Below, in pieces: positions 11,930 through 25,198 of a DNA stretch of 64,000 nt. The notes beneath the pieces were generated by a model. That model worked only from the letters and a program-made list of their open reading frames with translations. It was not told the DNA's origin and did no database searches. Position 1 is the stretch's first letter, and each line of letters starts with the position of its first letter. The position numbers and the translations under genes were made by a program. Origin of the DNA: Felis catus (lineage: Eukaryota); the NCBI RefSeq assembly GCF_018350175.1, contig NC_058383.1:29266001-29330000 (forward strand), written 5' to 3'.

Positions 11930-12090
11930 ACGGGAGCCTTCGTTGCAACCTTAGCCGCACATCTTACTGGGACCCCCACATCTTGGGAAGACGCAGACCC
12001 ATATGGGGACCGTGGGGCAGCCTTTCCGACAAACTCCCATGTTATGCTGATGCTGCTGGTCCTGGCCCTCACTTTGAGAACCCCTCCTTT
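11930..12090 (-). mobile_element. MER5A-like MITE
   Basis: tgctgatgctgctggtcc..cactttgagaac is the MER5A 5' end read in reverse. Confidence 0.7.
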
Positions 12091-12099
12091 AAAGGATCT

Positions 12100-12296
12100 T
12101 GGGGGCGTCTGGGTGTCTCATTCGGTTGAGCGTCCGACTTCAGCTCAGGTCACGATCTCATGGTTCCCGAGTTTGAGCCCCACGTTGGGCTCACTGCTGG
12201 CAGTGCAGAGCCTGCTTTGGATCCTCAGTCCCCCTCTGTTTCTCTGTCCCTCCCCAGCTTGCTGTCTCTCAAAAAAAAAAAAAAAAAAAAAAAAAA
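12100..12296 (+). mobile_element. Can-SINE
   Basis: Long pure A tail; TSD AA(G/A)GATCTTGG. Confidence 0.9.
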
Positions 12297-12619
12297 GATC
12301 TTGGAGAGATTCATTTGCATGAAGAAGATGGAAGGGAAACCCTTAAGCTTGGATACTTAGGTCACCTGAGTTAATGACATCAGGTTTTTACTGATAACCT
12401 AAATCGAGCCTAAACAAAAGCTTCCTAGCTCCTCCCGGCGTGCCAGCGACCGCGCTGTTAGTCTTGGTGGGTTAGAGCCCAAGGCTGGAGCCAGAGAACA
12501 CAGCCTGCCTTCATTACTTTCTGGGAGAAAGTCCATGTTTCCCAGCGGGCTGAGCACCTCAAATGCTAGGTAGGGGCCAGTCTGTGAATGGAGCAGGCAT
12601 AGGACACCCGAGTAAGGGA

Positions 12620-13770
12620 CCTGGGCTTTTTAATTTTAGCTCTTCTGGTGGGTACGTGGTTGTATCTCATTGTGATGTGCATTTCCCTGGCAAGCGCCTC
12701 TTCCTGGGCCCATTAGCTGCTGCATACATCTTCTGTGAAGTGGCTGCTCAAATCTTCTGCCTGTTTTTATAGCTTGTTTGTCTTTCTATTACAGAATCCC
12801 TAGAGTCGGTTGTATAATCTGGATACAAGTCTTTTGTCAGACGCCTAGGTTGTGACTATTTTCACCAAGTCTGGGGCTTGCCTTTTCAAGTCTTAAAGAT
12901 GTCTTTCAAAGGGCAGGAACTTTTAGTTTCAATGTAATCCACTTTATCCTTTTTTTTTTTTTTTTTTTTTATGTTTTGTGCTTGTTACGTCCTTTCTAAG
13001 AAAGGACTCCCCAGGTCATGTCGAGGTAGGTCATGTGTACCTAGGTCACCAAGGTTTTCTGGAATTTTATCGTTTGACGTTTTACATTTAGGCCTGTGAT
13101 CCGTTTTGAGTCCATTTATCTGTATGGTGTGAGGTACGGCTTGATGTTCATGCTTTTCCCAGATGACTATCAAATTGTTACAGCACCATCGGTTGAAATG
13201 ATTATCCTCTCCCCATGGAATTGTGGCGGTACCTGTGTTAAAATTCAGTTTCCTGGGGCGCCTGGGTGGTGCAGTCGGTTAAGCGTCCGACTTCAGCCAG
13301 GTCACGATCTCGCGGTCCGGGAGTTGGAGCCCCGCGTCAGGCTCTGGGCTGATGGCTCAGAGCCTGGAGCCTGTTTCCGATTCTGTGTCTCCCTCTCTCT
13401 CTGCCCCTCCCCTGTTCATGCTCTGTCTCTCTCTGTCCCCAAAATAAAAATAAACGTTGCAAAAAAAAAAATTCAGTTTCCTTTGTATTTGTGGTCTGTT
13501 TCTGGAGTGTGTGCTGTGTTTTGTTGATGAGAATGCTTATTTGCAGGCCAGTTACCCCCCAGTCCTGATGCTTGTGTTTTCCGGTGAGTGCTGAAATCAA
13601 ATGTTATAAACCCTCCATCTTCATTCTTCTTTTCCAGAATTGTTTCTTGCATTCTAGTCCTTTGCGTTTCCGTATGATTAGTAGACACCGCTCATCAGTT
13701 TCGACACATGCCTGCCGGGATTTTGATGGGGAGTGCATAGAATCTGTAGGTCAGTATGGAGGAAGTTGAA
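12620..13770 (-). mobile_element. Old L1 ORF2/3' fragment with a nested SINE
   Basis: Typical antisense L1 text (gtatctcattgtg...tgcatttccctg; tctgtatggtgtgagg). Confidence 0.7.
13255..13470 (+). mobile_element. Young felid Can-SINE
   Basis: Diagnostic cttcagccaggtcacgatctcgcggtcc..gggctgatggctcag; TSD AAAATTCAGTTTCCT. Confidence 0.92.
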
Positions 13771-15022
13771 TATTTCATTTCACCGTTGCTTCTTGCTGGT
13801 GCCTCTGGGTCTTGGAGTCTAAACTCATTTCCTTTGCATTTCATTATGTGAATTTCCTGTGATTTTCAGTGGAGGAGTAGGTGGGATGCTTGTGGTAACC
13901 ATGTTGACCTCCTTTTGGCATGCCATCCATGTGAAGGAATGGTGGGGGCCCCAGCAGGACACATCTGGAGGAGAGTTGAAGGAGGATGTGTTGTCAGTGT
14001 AATCTCGGTGACAACATTCAGAAGAAGCAATGGTCTCCTGGTTCAGAAAGGGGATCATTGCTTCAACACCCTTCCACAAATAATGCCAACCGTACACCAA
14101 AGGTTACAAAGATGTAAATTAAAATTTTCTGCAGAGACATTAGAGTTGTACAGAATGCCCTGGTATCATCTCATCAGATCAATCTTAGAACCTCTAACCT
14201 CGGGAAGTCATGTTTCAGTAGGTTCATTCCAGAACTAGAATAAGCTCGAGTTGGCAGCTGTGAATAATAAGTTTTGTTCTTTTTCTTTTTTGGTTTTTCG
14301 GATAAGCTCTAAAAAGGTCAGATTATCTGAGGTACAGACATTAGCATGTAGCATTGATGGTGCTTTTATGTATATGTAAAAAAGGCAGAAAGTAATGGAG
14401 AAGAAAATTGCTGTTTCTCTTATTATTTGTTCTTTGTGTAGCAGGGGGCCCTACGCTCCCAGCTCTCCCTTCCCCTGCTTCCCCTCGTCTTACTAGGAGT
14501 TTATTTTGGGTCATTCTGTATCTTTTTGTTTTGTTTTGTGTTGATGTGTATTTATACATGGGAAGTATAGTGTTTGGGGTGGGATTGATTTTCCCTCCAG
14601 TGATACATGTTATGTATCCCTCCTGTTGTACATGTTATGTAGCTTGCCTTTTTAAAAGCTCCACAAAGCATCAGATGTCCAGCGGTATCATTCCCTATGG
14701 CTCTAATTCCTTTTAACTGCCGTGCTCTAGTGTGCTGGGTGACTGTAGCGGTTTTATTAATTCCCCTCTGGCTGGGGTTGTTTCGAATTTTTCTTCATTA
14801 CACACAGTGCTGCCCTTGTATCTTTGCTTGGGCCTCCTTATGCATGTGAGGGTTCTTTAACAGAGATGTCAGGGTCATTGCTTTCCTAACATAACTTTTC
14901 TTTTGCTTTTTAGCAGCCTTGAGCAAACATCCGTTTGGTGGCGAGTGAGCTGCTGTCTGTGCTACCAGGCTACAGGAACAATACTGGCTCTGTTTGAGGC
15001 TCTCATTAAAAAAATTTTTTTA

Positions 15023-15703
15023 GCAGTGCCTGGATGGCTCAGCTGGTTAAGCGTCTGACTTCGGCTCAGGTCATGATCTCATATTTTGTGGGTTTGAACT
15101 CCATGTCGGGCTCTGTGCTGACAGCTCAGAGCCTGGAGCCTGCTTCAGATTCTTTGTATCCTTCTCTCTGCCTTTCCCCTGCTCATGCTCGCACACTCTC
15201 TCTCTCAAAAACAAATAAACATTAAAAAGAAAAAAATAAATAAAAAATAAATGTATTAAAAAATTATCTAAATATTGTTTTGAGAGGGACAGAGAGAACG
15301 AGCCATGGAGGGGAAGAGAGAGAGGGAGACAGAATCCTAAGCAGGCCCCGCGTTGCCAGCAGCAGAGCCCGATGTGAGGCTTGAACCCACAAATGGTGAG
15401 ATTGTGACCTGAGCTGAAACAAAGAGTCAGATGCTCAGCCACCTGAGCCACCCAGGTGCCCCTTGAGTCTCTGATTTTTAAAGTCTTTTTTTTTTTTTTT
15501 TTTAATGTTTATTTATTTTTGAGAGAGAGAGAGACAGAGTGTGAGCCAGGGAGGGGCAGAGAGACAAGGAGACACAGAATCCGAAGCAGGCTCCAGGCTC
15601 TGAGCTGTCAGCACAGAGCCCGATGCAGGACTCGAACCCACGAATCACGAGATCATGACCTGAGCTGAAGTAGACGTTTAACCGACTGAGCCACCCAGGC
15701 ACC
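15023..15703. mobile_element. Cluster of three Can-SINEs (+ ~15023-15255; - ~15270-15462; - ~15486-15703)
   Basis: SINEC bodies; the third is flanked by the duplication CTGAGTCTCT/TTGAGTCTCT. Confidence 0.88.
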
Positions 15704-18700
15704 CTGAGTCTCTCATGTTTAAGTTTGTGTGGAGTTGGTTGTGAAGAAGCGGAGACAATCAGTCACAAGCTCTGTGTGCCGCATGGCCGAGGTCCTCTCA
15801 GCTGGTTGGGACCTGCGTTTTGGGTACGGGTGTGTTGGTGCAAAGTGAACAAACATCTTTGGTTCTTTTCAGTATTTTAAGCTTGTAAGAGACAATATGT
15901 GAATGTCCCAAAATGGTTCTTTTGCAAATACTGCACTTTGTGTGAAGTAGTACCAGCGTCTCCTATGAATGATACATGGGGTGTGTTTCTCAATGCAGCA
16001 AAGAATTTATTTTCCCTTAGCTTTATTAATATTATATGGGTTTTCAAAAACTCACATCTTGATTCATATTAACCATGAAGTCATTTTGATTGATAGAGAC
16101 CATTTTCTGGGCCTTGTGTTTGAAGATGACTGTTACATAAATGACACTTGATCTGGGTTGCAATTTTTTTTTTTTTTAACCAATACAGAGTTTTGGTGAA
16201 TTTATGCTTGTAATTGGGCCACCTTCCATATACACCCCCTTCCCTTAAATGTAGGAGCAGAAGCAGTGTTTACATGCTTAAAGATTACACGTATGTTATG
16301 AAGTTCAAAGTGACTTTAAAAATGTCATCTCCTGTCATCCGACGCCAATTATCATATCCCCAGATTTGGGTGTGGGAGGTGATTATTCCCAGGGCTGTTC
16401 TTGGCAACTGGAAAAGATAAACGGGCGGAAGGAAATGAGAACAAATGTGAAGAGACATCTACCTACAGAGCAGAACATACCTTTTGCGTTCTCCCCTGGT
16501 GGTTTTACTTTAGTGCTGTGAAAACATAAATACGTATGTAAAACTTGGGGGCAAAGATGTCGAACGTGAAACGTGACTTTCCCCCCATTCCATTATGGAC
16601 ATGGGCGAATTTCTCCTAGGGAAACGTTGAATAAGACTTTACGGGAAACCTTGTAGGGTTGCTCTTTCTCATGGTTCTGTCCCTCACCGTTCTTAAAAAG
16701 CTGTCGCTGTGTTTTCTTGTGATGCTTTGAGTCCGTAGCTGCTCTCTGGGCACTTCGGTGCTGGAAGTGTGAATGGTTGCTCTGGTGTTTGCCTCTGTGT
16801 TTTGCTGGTTGTCTTGGTATATTAGTGAGTGCTGTGTAATCTTCTGCTCTCTCTAAAAATAACAGAGGGGCAAATATTTGGAGAAAGTACAAACACTACA
16901 TCCAGACCTCAGCTTATCTCAAATAGAAGCCACTAGTTCCAGTCAGGTAAAAACACCTGTGGAAAGTGAGAGTGGCTTCTTTCTTTTGAGTTGGGCTGTT
17001 TGGTTTTTTGGGGGGTTGGTTGTTATTGTCGTCTTAGAATCTTTCCCTCCCATCTTTCAGCAACTACTATTCTGCTTCCTGTCTCTATGTTAGTTTCCAT
17101 ATCCTGGAGTTTTACATAAATGGAATCAAACAGCATGTATTTTTTTTTCCTCCTGGTTTCTTTCACTCAATATACTTATTTTTAAGATTCATCCATATCA
17201 TGCATGATTTCATGTGCAAGAATCCATTCCTTGTTACTGCTGAGTGGCATGGACATTTACGTTGTTTCCAGTTGAGAGCGATTACGGATAATGCTACCAT
17301 GAACCCATGAACATTTCATGTACAGGCTTTTGAAAGGACATTGAAAGGCTTTCATTCATCTTGGGTAAATAGAAAGGAGTGAGATAGCTGGATCATGTGT
17401 TTATCTTTTTTTCTTTTTTCTTTTTTTTTTTAAGAAGGCGTCATGCCCAGTGTAGACTCCAGTGCAGGGCTTGAACTCACGACCCTGAGATCAAGACCTG
17501 AGCTGAGATCATGAGTCATTCATTTACCTACTGAGCCACCCAGGCGCCCCTGTATGTTTATCTTTTTAAAAAATTGGTAAACTGTTTCCCAAGGTGGTTG
17601 TGCCTTTCACATTCCCACCAGCTGGGTAAGAAAGTTCCAGTTCTCACCAGTGCTTGGTAGAGTCAGTCTTTTAAATTTAGCCATCCTAACAGGTGTGGGA
17701 TGGAATCTCATGGTGGTTTTAATCTGTGTTTCTCTAGTGACTAATGATGTTGAGCATTTCTTCATGTGTTACTACTCATTGGTCTTTGGAGAAGTGTCTG
17801 TTCAAATCTCTTCTGCCCTGGGGTGTCTGGGTGTCTCGGTCCATTGAGCGTCTGATTCTTGATTTCAGCCCAGGTTATGATTGCACCATTCATGAATTTG
17901 AGCCCCGAGTCAGGCTCTGCACTGACAGCAAGGAGCCTGCTTGGGATTCTCTTACTCTCCCTCTCTCTGCCTCTCCCCTGCTTGTTCTCTCCCCCTCCCT
18001 CCTCCCCCCCCCCCCAAAAACAAATAATTATAAAAAGAAAAGGCATGCTCCTGCCAGGACATTAAAAAAAAAAATCCCTTCTGCATTGTTTTATTGGGTG
18101 GTTTCTTTTCTTATCGAATTGAGCAAGTTCTTGATCTATTCTGGATACCATTACGTCATCAGAAATTTGATTTTCAATATTTTCTCCTGTGGCTCTTTTC
18201 ATTCCCTTAACAGTGTCCTTTTAGGAGCAGAAGTTTTAACTTTTGATGACATCCACTGTGTCTGTTCTTATGCTCATCATTCTTTTTTTTGTTGTTTGTT
18301 TATTTATTTTTGAGAGAGAGAATGAGCACAAGCAGGAAAGGGGCAGAGAGAGGGGCACAGAGGATCCGAGACAGGCCCTGTGCTGACAGCAGCGAGCCCA
18401 GTGTGGGGCTTGAACTCCTGTGCTGAAGTGGGAAGTTCAACCGACAGAACCACCCAGGTGCCCCACGCATCATTCTTTTCTTGATGTATATATAAAAGAA
18501 ATCTTTGCCCAACTCAAAATCACAAAGGTATTTTCCTATAGAAAGTTTTGTAATTTCAAGTTTAGCAAAAATGATCCCTTTAAGAGTTAATTTGGTATAT
18601 GATATAAGTTATGAACTGAAGTTCACTTTTTTGTATATAGAGATAAAATCGTTCCGGTATCTTTTGTTGTAAATCCTGTCTTTTCTCCACTGATTTCCTT

Positions 18701-20764
18701 TGTACCTGTGTTGAAAATAAGTTGTTCATATTCCTACTTCTGGGCTCTATTTTGTTCCCTTGATCTCTTTGTCTGTTTTTATACCAATTCCACACTGTCT
18801 TAATTACCATAGCTTTGTAAGTCTTGCAGTCAGGGTAGTGTTGGTATCCCAACTTTGTTCTTTTTGATTATTTTAGTTCCTTTGCATTTTCTTGTGGATC
18901 TGGGAACCCGGTAACAGTTTCTCCAAAGAGCCTGCTGGGATTCCATTGAAACTGTAGGTCATTTTGGAGAAAACTGACATGTTGTCAGTACTGAGTTTCC
19001 CAGTTCATGAACATGATACATCTCTTGATTTTTGTTGGTGTTCTTTAATGTGAACAGTGTTTTGTAGTTTTCAGTGTCCACATCTGTTACATCTTTTGTC
19101 AGATTTATCCATATGTAGTTCATATTTATGATGCTATTATAAATGATATTATTTTAAAAATTTCAATTCCTGATTGTTCATTACTGGTAGCTAGAAATAC
19201 ACTTAAGTTTCTTGCACCAACCTGACATTCTGCCATCTTGTCAAACTCACGTATTAGTTGTATTGTGGTACATTCCTCCAGATTTCTACACAGATAGTCA
19301 TGTCATCTGTGAATCCTGCATTTTATGTCTTCCTTTTTAATCTTTATTTTTCTTTATTGGCTAAAACTTTCAGTACAATGTTGAGTAGAAGTGGCGAGAG
19401 ACAGGCTTGGCTAATTTCTGATGTTGAAGAGAAACCATTCAGTATTTCAAATTTAAGTGTGATGTTAGCCGCTGTGGGTTTGCCCTTTATTAGGCGGAGA
19501 AAGTTTCCTTCTTTTGCCACTTTGTTGGGTGATTTTTTAAAAAAAATCAGGAATGAATGTCAGATTTCATCATGTTTTCTTCTGCCTATTGAGATGACCA
19601 TGGCTTTAAATTTTTTTTAGTTTCTTAATATGCTGAATTACATGTTTTTCAAATGTTCAACCATCCCCACATTCCTCAGGTAAACTCCACTTATCTCATG
19701 ATGCATTATGTTTTTATATATTGTTGCATCCAATTTCCTAAAAATTTATTTAGAAATTGTGCATGTTCATAAAGATACTGGTCAGTAATTGACTTTTCTA
19801 GTAATGTCTCTTTCAAGCTTTGGTGTCAGGGTGATACTGACATGTAGAATAAAGAAGTATTCTTACAGTACAGGAAGTATTCCCTCCTTTTCAATTTTCT
19901 AGGAGAGTTTGTATGGAACTAGTATTATTTCTTCCATAAACGACTGGTAGAAGTCACCAGGAAAGGTCTCTGGGCCTGGGGTTTCCCTTGTGAAAAGGTT
20001 TTTCACTCACTATTAATTTCATTTCTTTCTTAGATACCGGTCTAATCAGGTTATCTATTTCTTTTTCTTCTTCTTCTCCTTCTCCTTCTCCTTCTTTTTT
20101 TTTTTTTTTAAACCCTAACCCCAGTTGTATCTATACTTGGAGCCAGGGCCCCTTTTTTTTTTTTTTTTTACTGTTTTTATTTTATTTTTGAGAGTGCGTG
20201 CGAGACAGTGCAAGCAGAGGAAGGGCAGAGAGAGAAGGAGACAGAACCTTAAGCAGCCTCCGGGCTCTGAGCTGTCAGCACAGAGCCCGATGCAGGGCTT
20301 GAACCCACGAACCATGATATCATGACCTGAGCCAAAGTTGGATGCTTAACCGACTGAGCCTTCCAGGCGCCCCTTAGTTGTTATATATTTCTTCTTAAGT
20401 TAGCTTTTGCAGTTGGCATCTTTCAAGGAAATTGTTCCATCTAAGTTGTTGAAATACCAACATAAAGTTTTTCATGATAATGCCTTATTATCCACTTCCT
20501 GTTTGTGGAATCGGTCTGATGTCACCTCCCTCATTCCTGATATCGGTAATTTGGTAGAGGTTTATCCATTTTATTGATGTTCTCCAGGGACCAGCTTCTA
20601 CTTCCATTTTCTTTGTTATTGCTTTCCTGTGTTTCTATTTTGTGTATTTTGGTTTTGACCTTTATTATTTACTTTCTTCTACTTAATTTAGGTTTAATCT
20701 GCTTTTATTTTTCCAGTTTTTTAAGATGGACACTGAAGCCATTGATTTGAGACCCTTCTTTTTT

Positions 20765-23700
20765 TTTATTTAAAAAAATTTTAATTTTTTTTTTTTAATT
20801 TACATTCAAGTTACTTAGCATATAGTCCAACAATGATTTCAGGAGTAGATACTTTAGTGCCACTTACCCATTAGCCCATCGCCCCTCCCACAACCCCTCC
20901 AGCAACCCTCAGTTTGTTCTCCATATTTAAAAGTCTCTTATGTTTTGTCCCCCTTCCTGTTTTTATATTATTTTTGCTTCCCTTCCCTTATGTTCATCTG
21001 TTTTGTCTCTTAAAGTCCTCGTATGAGTGAAGTCATACGATATTTGTCTTTCTCTAATTTGACTTAGCATAATACCCTCCAGTTCCATCCACGTAGTTGC
21101 AAATAGCAAGATTTCATTCTTTTTGATTGCCGAGTAATACTCCATTGCATATATATACCACATCTTCTTTATGCATTCATCCGTCGATGGACATTTGGGC
21201 TCTTTCCGTACTTTGGCTGTTGTTGATAGTGCTGCTATAAACATTGGGGTGTATGTGCCCTTTCGAAACAACACACCTGTGTCCCTTGGATAAACACCTA
21301 ATAGTGCAATTGCTGGGTTGTAGGGTACTTCTATTTTTAGTTTTTTGGGGAACCTCCACACTGTTTTCCAGAGTGGCTGCACCAGTTTTCATTCCCACCA
21401 ACAATGCAAAAGAAATCCTCTCTCTCTGCATCATTGCCAACATCTGTTGTTGTCTGAGTTGTTCATTTTAGCCATTCTGACTGGTGTGAGGTGGTATCTC
21501 ATTATGGTTTTAATTTGTATTTCCTGGATGATGAGTGATATGTGGAGCATTTTTTCATGTGTCGGTTGGCCATCTGGATGTCTTCTTTGGAGAAGTGTCT
21601 ATTCATGTCTTTCGCCCTTTTCTTCACTGGATTGTTATTTTGGATGTTGAGTTTGTAAGTTCTTTATAGATTTTGGATATTAACTCTTTATCTGATAAGT
21701 CGTTTGCAATTACCTGCTCCCATTCTGTTGGTTGCTTTTTAGTTTTGCTGATTGTTTCCTTTGCTGTGCAGAAGCTTTTTATTTTGATGAGATCCCAATA
21801 GTTCATTTTTGCGTTTGTTTCCCTTGCCTCCGGAGTCATGTTGAGAAAAAGTTGGTGTGGCCGAGATCAAAGAGGTTTTTGCCTGCTTACTCCTCGAGGA
21901 TTTTGATGGCTTCCTGTCTTTCGTTTAGGTCTTTCATCCGTTTTGAGTTTTTGTGTATGGTGTAAGAAAGTGGTCCATGTTCATTTTTCTGCATGTCAGT
22001 GTCCAGTTTTCCCAGAACCACTTGCTGACTGTTGATTCTTTCCTGCTTTGTCAAAGATTAGTTGGCCATACGTTTGTGGGTCCATTTCTGGGTTCTCTAT
22101 TCTGTTGCACTGATCTGAGTGTCTGTTTTTGTTCCACTACCATACTGTCTTGATGATTACAGCTTTGTAATACAGCTTGAAGTCTGGGATTGTGATGCGT
22201 CCTGCTTTCGGTTTCTTTTTCAAAGTTGCTTTGGCTATTTGGGGTCTTTTCTGGTTCCATACAAATTTTAGGATGGTTTGTTGTAGCTCTGTGAAGAATA
22301 CTGGTGTTATTTTGATAGGGATTGCATTGAATATGTAGATTGCTCTGGGTAGTATTGATATTTTAACAATATTTGTTCTTCCTATCCAGGACCATGAAAT
22401 ATTTTTCCATTTTTGTGTGTGTGTCTTCTTCAATTTCTTTCATAAGCTTTCTATAGTTTTCAGTGTATAGATTTTTCACCTCTTTGGTTAGATTTATTCC
22501 TAGGTATTTTATGGGTTTTGGGGCAATTGTAAATGGGATTGATTCCTTGTTTTTCTGTTGCTTCATTATTGGTGTATAGGAATGCGACCAATTTCTGTGC
22601 ATTGATTTTGTATGCTGTAACGTTGCTGAATTCACAGATCAGTTCTAGCAGTTTTTTGGTGGAACCTTTTGGGTTTTCCATGTAGAGTATCATGTCATCT
22701 GCAAAGAGTGAAAGTTTGACTTCCCCCTGGATGATTTGAATGCCTTTTATTTCTTTGTGTTATCTGATTGCTGAGGCTAAGACTTCCAATACTATGTTGA
22801 ATAACAGTGGCGAGAGTGGACATCCCTGTCTCGTTCCTGACCTTAGGGGGGAAAGCTCTCCACTTTTCCCCATTGAGGATGATATTAGCATTTGGTTTTT
22901 CATATATGGCTTTTATGATCTCAAGGTATGATCCTTCTAGCCCTACTTTGAGGGTATTTATCAAGAAAGGATGCTGTATTTTGTCTAATGCTTTCTCTCC
23001 ATCTATTGAGAGGATCATGTGGTTCTTGTCCTTTCTTTTATTAATGTGATGAATCACACTGATTGTTTTGCAGATATTGAACCAGCCTCGCATCCCAGGT
23101 ATAAATCCCACTTGGTCGTGGTGAATAATTTTTTTCATGTATTGTTGTATCTGGTTGGCTAATATTTTTTTGAGGATTTTTGCATCTATGTTCATCAGGG
23201 AAATTGGTCTATAGTTCTCCTTTTTAATGGGGTCTTTGCCTGGTTTTGGAATCAAGGTAATGCTGGCTTCATAGAAAGAGTTTGGAAGTTTTCTTTCCAT
23301 TTCTATTTTTTGGAACAGCTTCAAGAGAATAGGTGTTAACTCTTCCTTAAATGTTTGGTAGAATTCCCCTGGAAAGTCATCTGGCCCTGGACTCTTGTTT
23401 TTTGGCAGATTTTTGATTACTAATTCGATTTCTTTACTGGTTATGGATGGGTCTGTTCAAATTTTCTGTTTCTTCCTGTTTCAGTTTTGGTAGTGTATAT
23501 GTTTCTAGGAATTTGTCCATTTCGTCCAGATTGCCCATTTTTTTGGCGTATAATTGCTCATATATTTTCTTACTATTGTTTGTATTTCTGCAGTGTTGGT
23601 TGTGATCTCTCCTCTTTCCTTCTTGATTTTATTTATTTGGGTCCTTTCCTTTTTCTTTTTGATCCAATTGGCTAGAGGTTTATCATTTTTGTTAGTTCTT

Positions 23701-24893
23701 TCAAAGAACCATCTTCTGGTTTCATTGATCTGTTCTACTGTTTTGTTTTTTGTTTGTTTATGTTTGTTTTGATAGCATTGATTTCTGCTCTAATCATTAT
23801 TTTTCCCGTCATCTGCTGGTTTTGGGTTTTATTTGCTGTTCTTTTTCCAGCTCTTTAAGGTGTATCGTTAGGTTGTGTACCTGAGACCTTTCTTCCTTCT
23901 TTAGGAAGGTCTGGATTGTTTTATACCTCCCTCTGATGACCACCTTGGCTGTGTCCTGGAGGTTTTAATGTTACCATTTTCATTGGCTTCCATGTACTTT
24001 TTAATTTCCTCTTTAACTTCTTGGTTAGCCCATTCATTCTTTAGTAGGATGTTCTTTAGTCTTCAAGTATTGGCTATCTTTCCATTTTTTTTTCTTGTGG
24101 TTGATTTTGAGTTTCATAGCATTGTGGTCTGAAAATATGTACTGTATGATCTCTACCTTTTTGTACTTCTTGAGAGCTGATTTGTGTCCCAGTATGTGAT
24201 CTATTCTGGAGAATGTTCCATGTGCACTGCAAAAGAATGTATATTCCGCTGCTGTAGGATAAAATGTTGTGAATATATCTGTTAAGTCCATCTGGTCCAG
24301 TGTGTCATTCAAAGCCATTGTTTCCTTGTTGAATTTCTGATTATATGATCTCTCTATTGCTGTAAGCGGGGTGTTGAAGTCCCCTTCTATTATGGTATTA
24401 TTATCAATGAGTTTCTTTATGTTTGTGATTAATTGATTTATATATTTGGGTGCTTTCACATTTGGAGCATAAATGTTTACAATTGTTAGGTTTTCTTGGT
24501 GGATAGACCCCTTAATTTTGTGATATAATGCCCTTCTTCATCTTTTACAGTCTGTATTTTAAAGTCTAGATTGTCTGATACAAGTATGGCTACTCTGGCT
24601 TTCTTTTGTTGACCATTAGCATGATAGATGGTTCTCCATCCCCTTATTTTCAATGAAGGTTGTCTTTAGGTCTAAAGTGGGTCTCTTGTAAACAGCATAT
24701 AGATGGATCATGTTTTATTATCCATTCTGTTACCTTTTGTCTTTTGATTGGAGCATTTAGTCCATTGATGTTTAGAGTGAGTACTGAAAGACACGAATTT
24801 ATTGTCATTATGTTGCTTGTAGAGTTGGAGTTTCTGGTGGTGTTCTCTCGTCCTTTCTAGTCTTAGTTGCTTTTGGTCTTTGTTTATATATAT

Positions 24894-24985
<92 letters not shown>

Positions 24986-25198
24986 ATATGTATTTTGTCT
25001 TTTCTCCACTCAGAGAGTCCCCCTTAAAATTTCTTGCAGGGCTGGTTTGGTGGTCACGAACTCCTTTAATTTTTGTTTGGGAAACTTTTGATCTCTCCTT
25101 CTATTTTAAATGACATCCTTGCTAGACAAAGAATTTTTGGCTGCATATTTTTCCAATTCAACACATTGAATATATCCTGCCTCTCCTTTCTGGCCTGC
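20765..25198 (-). mobile_element. Carnivore/felid LINE-1, 5'-truncated (~4.4 kb): ORF1 C-terminus, spacer, frameshifted ORF2 (ATG ~24808), 3'UTR and polyA
   Basis: ORF2 fragments include [24 protein letters not shown] (RT), [17 protein letters not shown] (EN) and the C-terminal KKMWYIY..FATTWMELE. TSD GAGACCCTTCTTTTTT lies at 20749-20764 and 25199-25214. Confidence 0.95.
24898..24979. repeat. Compound (AC)19(GT)22 microsatellite forming a perfect palindrome
   Basis: Read directly; the centre is CAC|GTG at 24935/24936. Confidence 0.95.

Noticed and set aside
20963..24808. L1 ORF2 pieces as an active reverse transcriptase gene
   Set aside because: The element is 5'-truncated and broken by several frameshifts, stops and small deletions.
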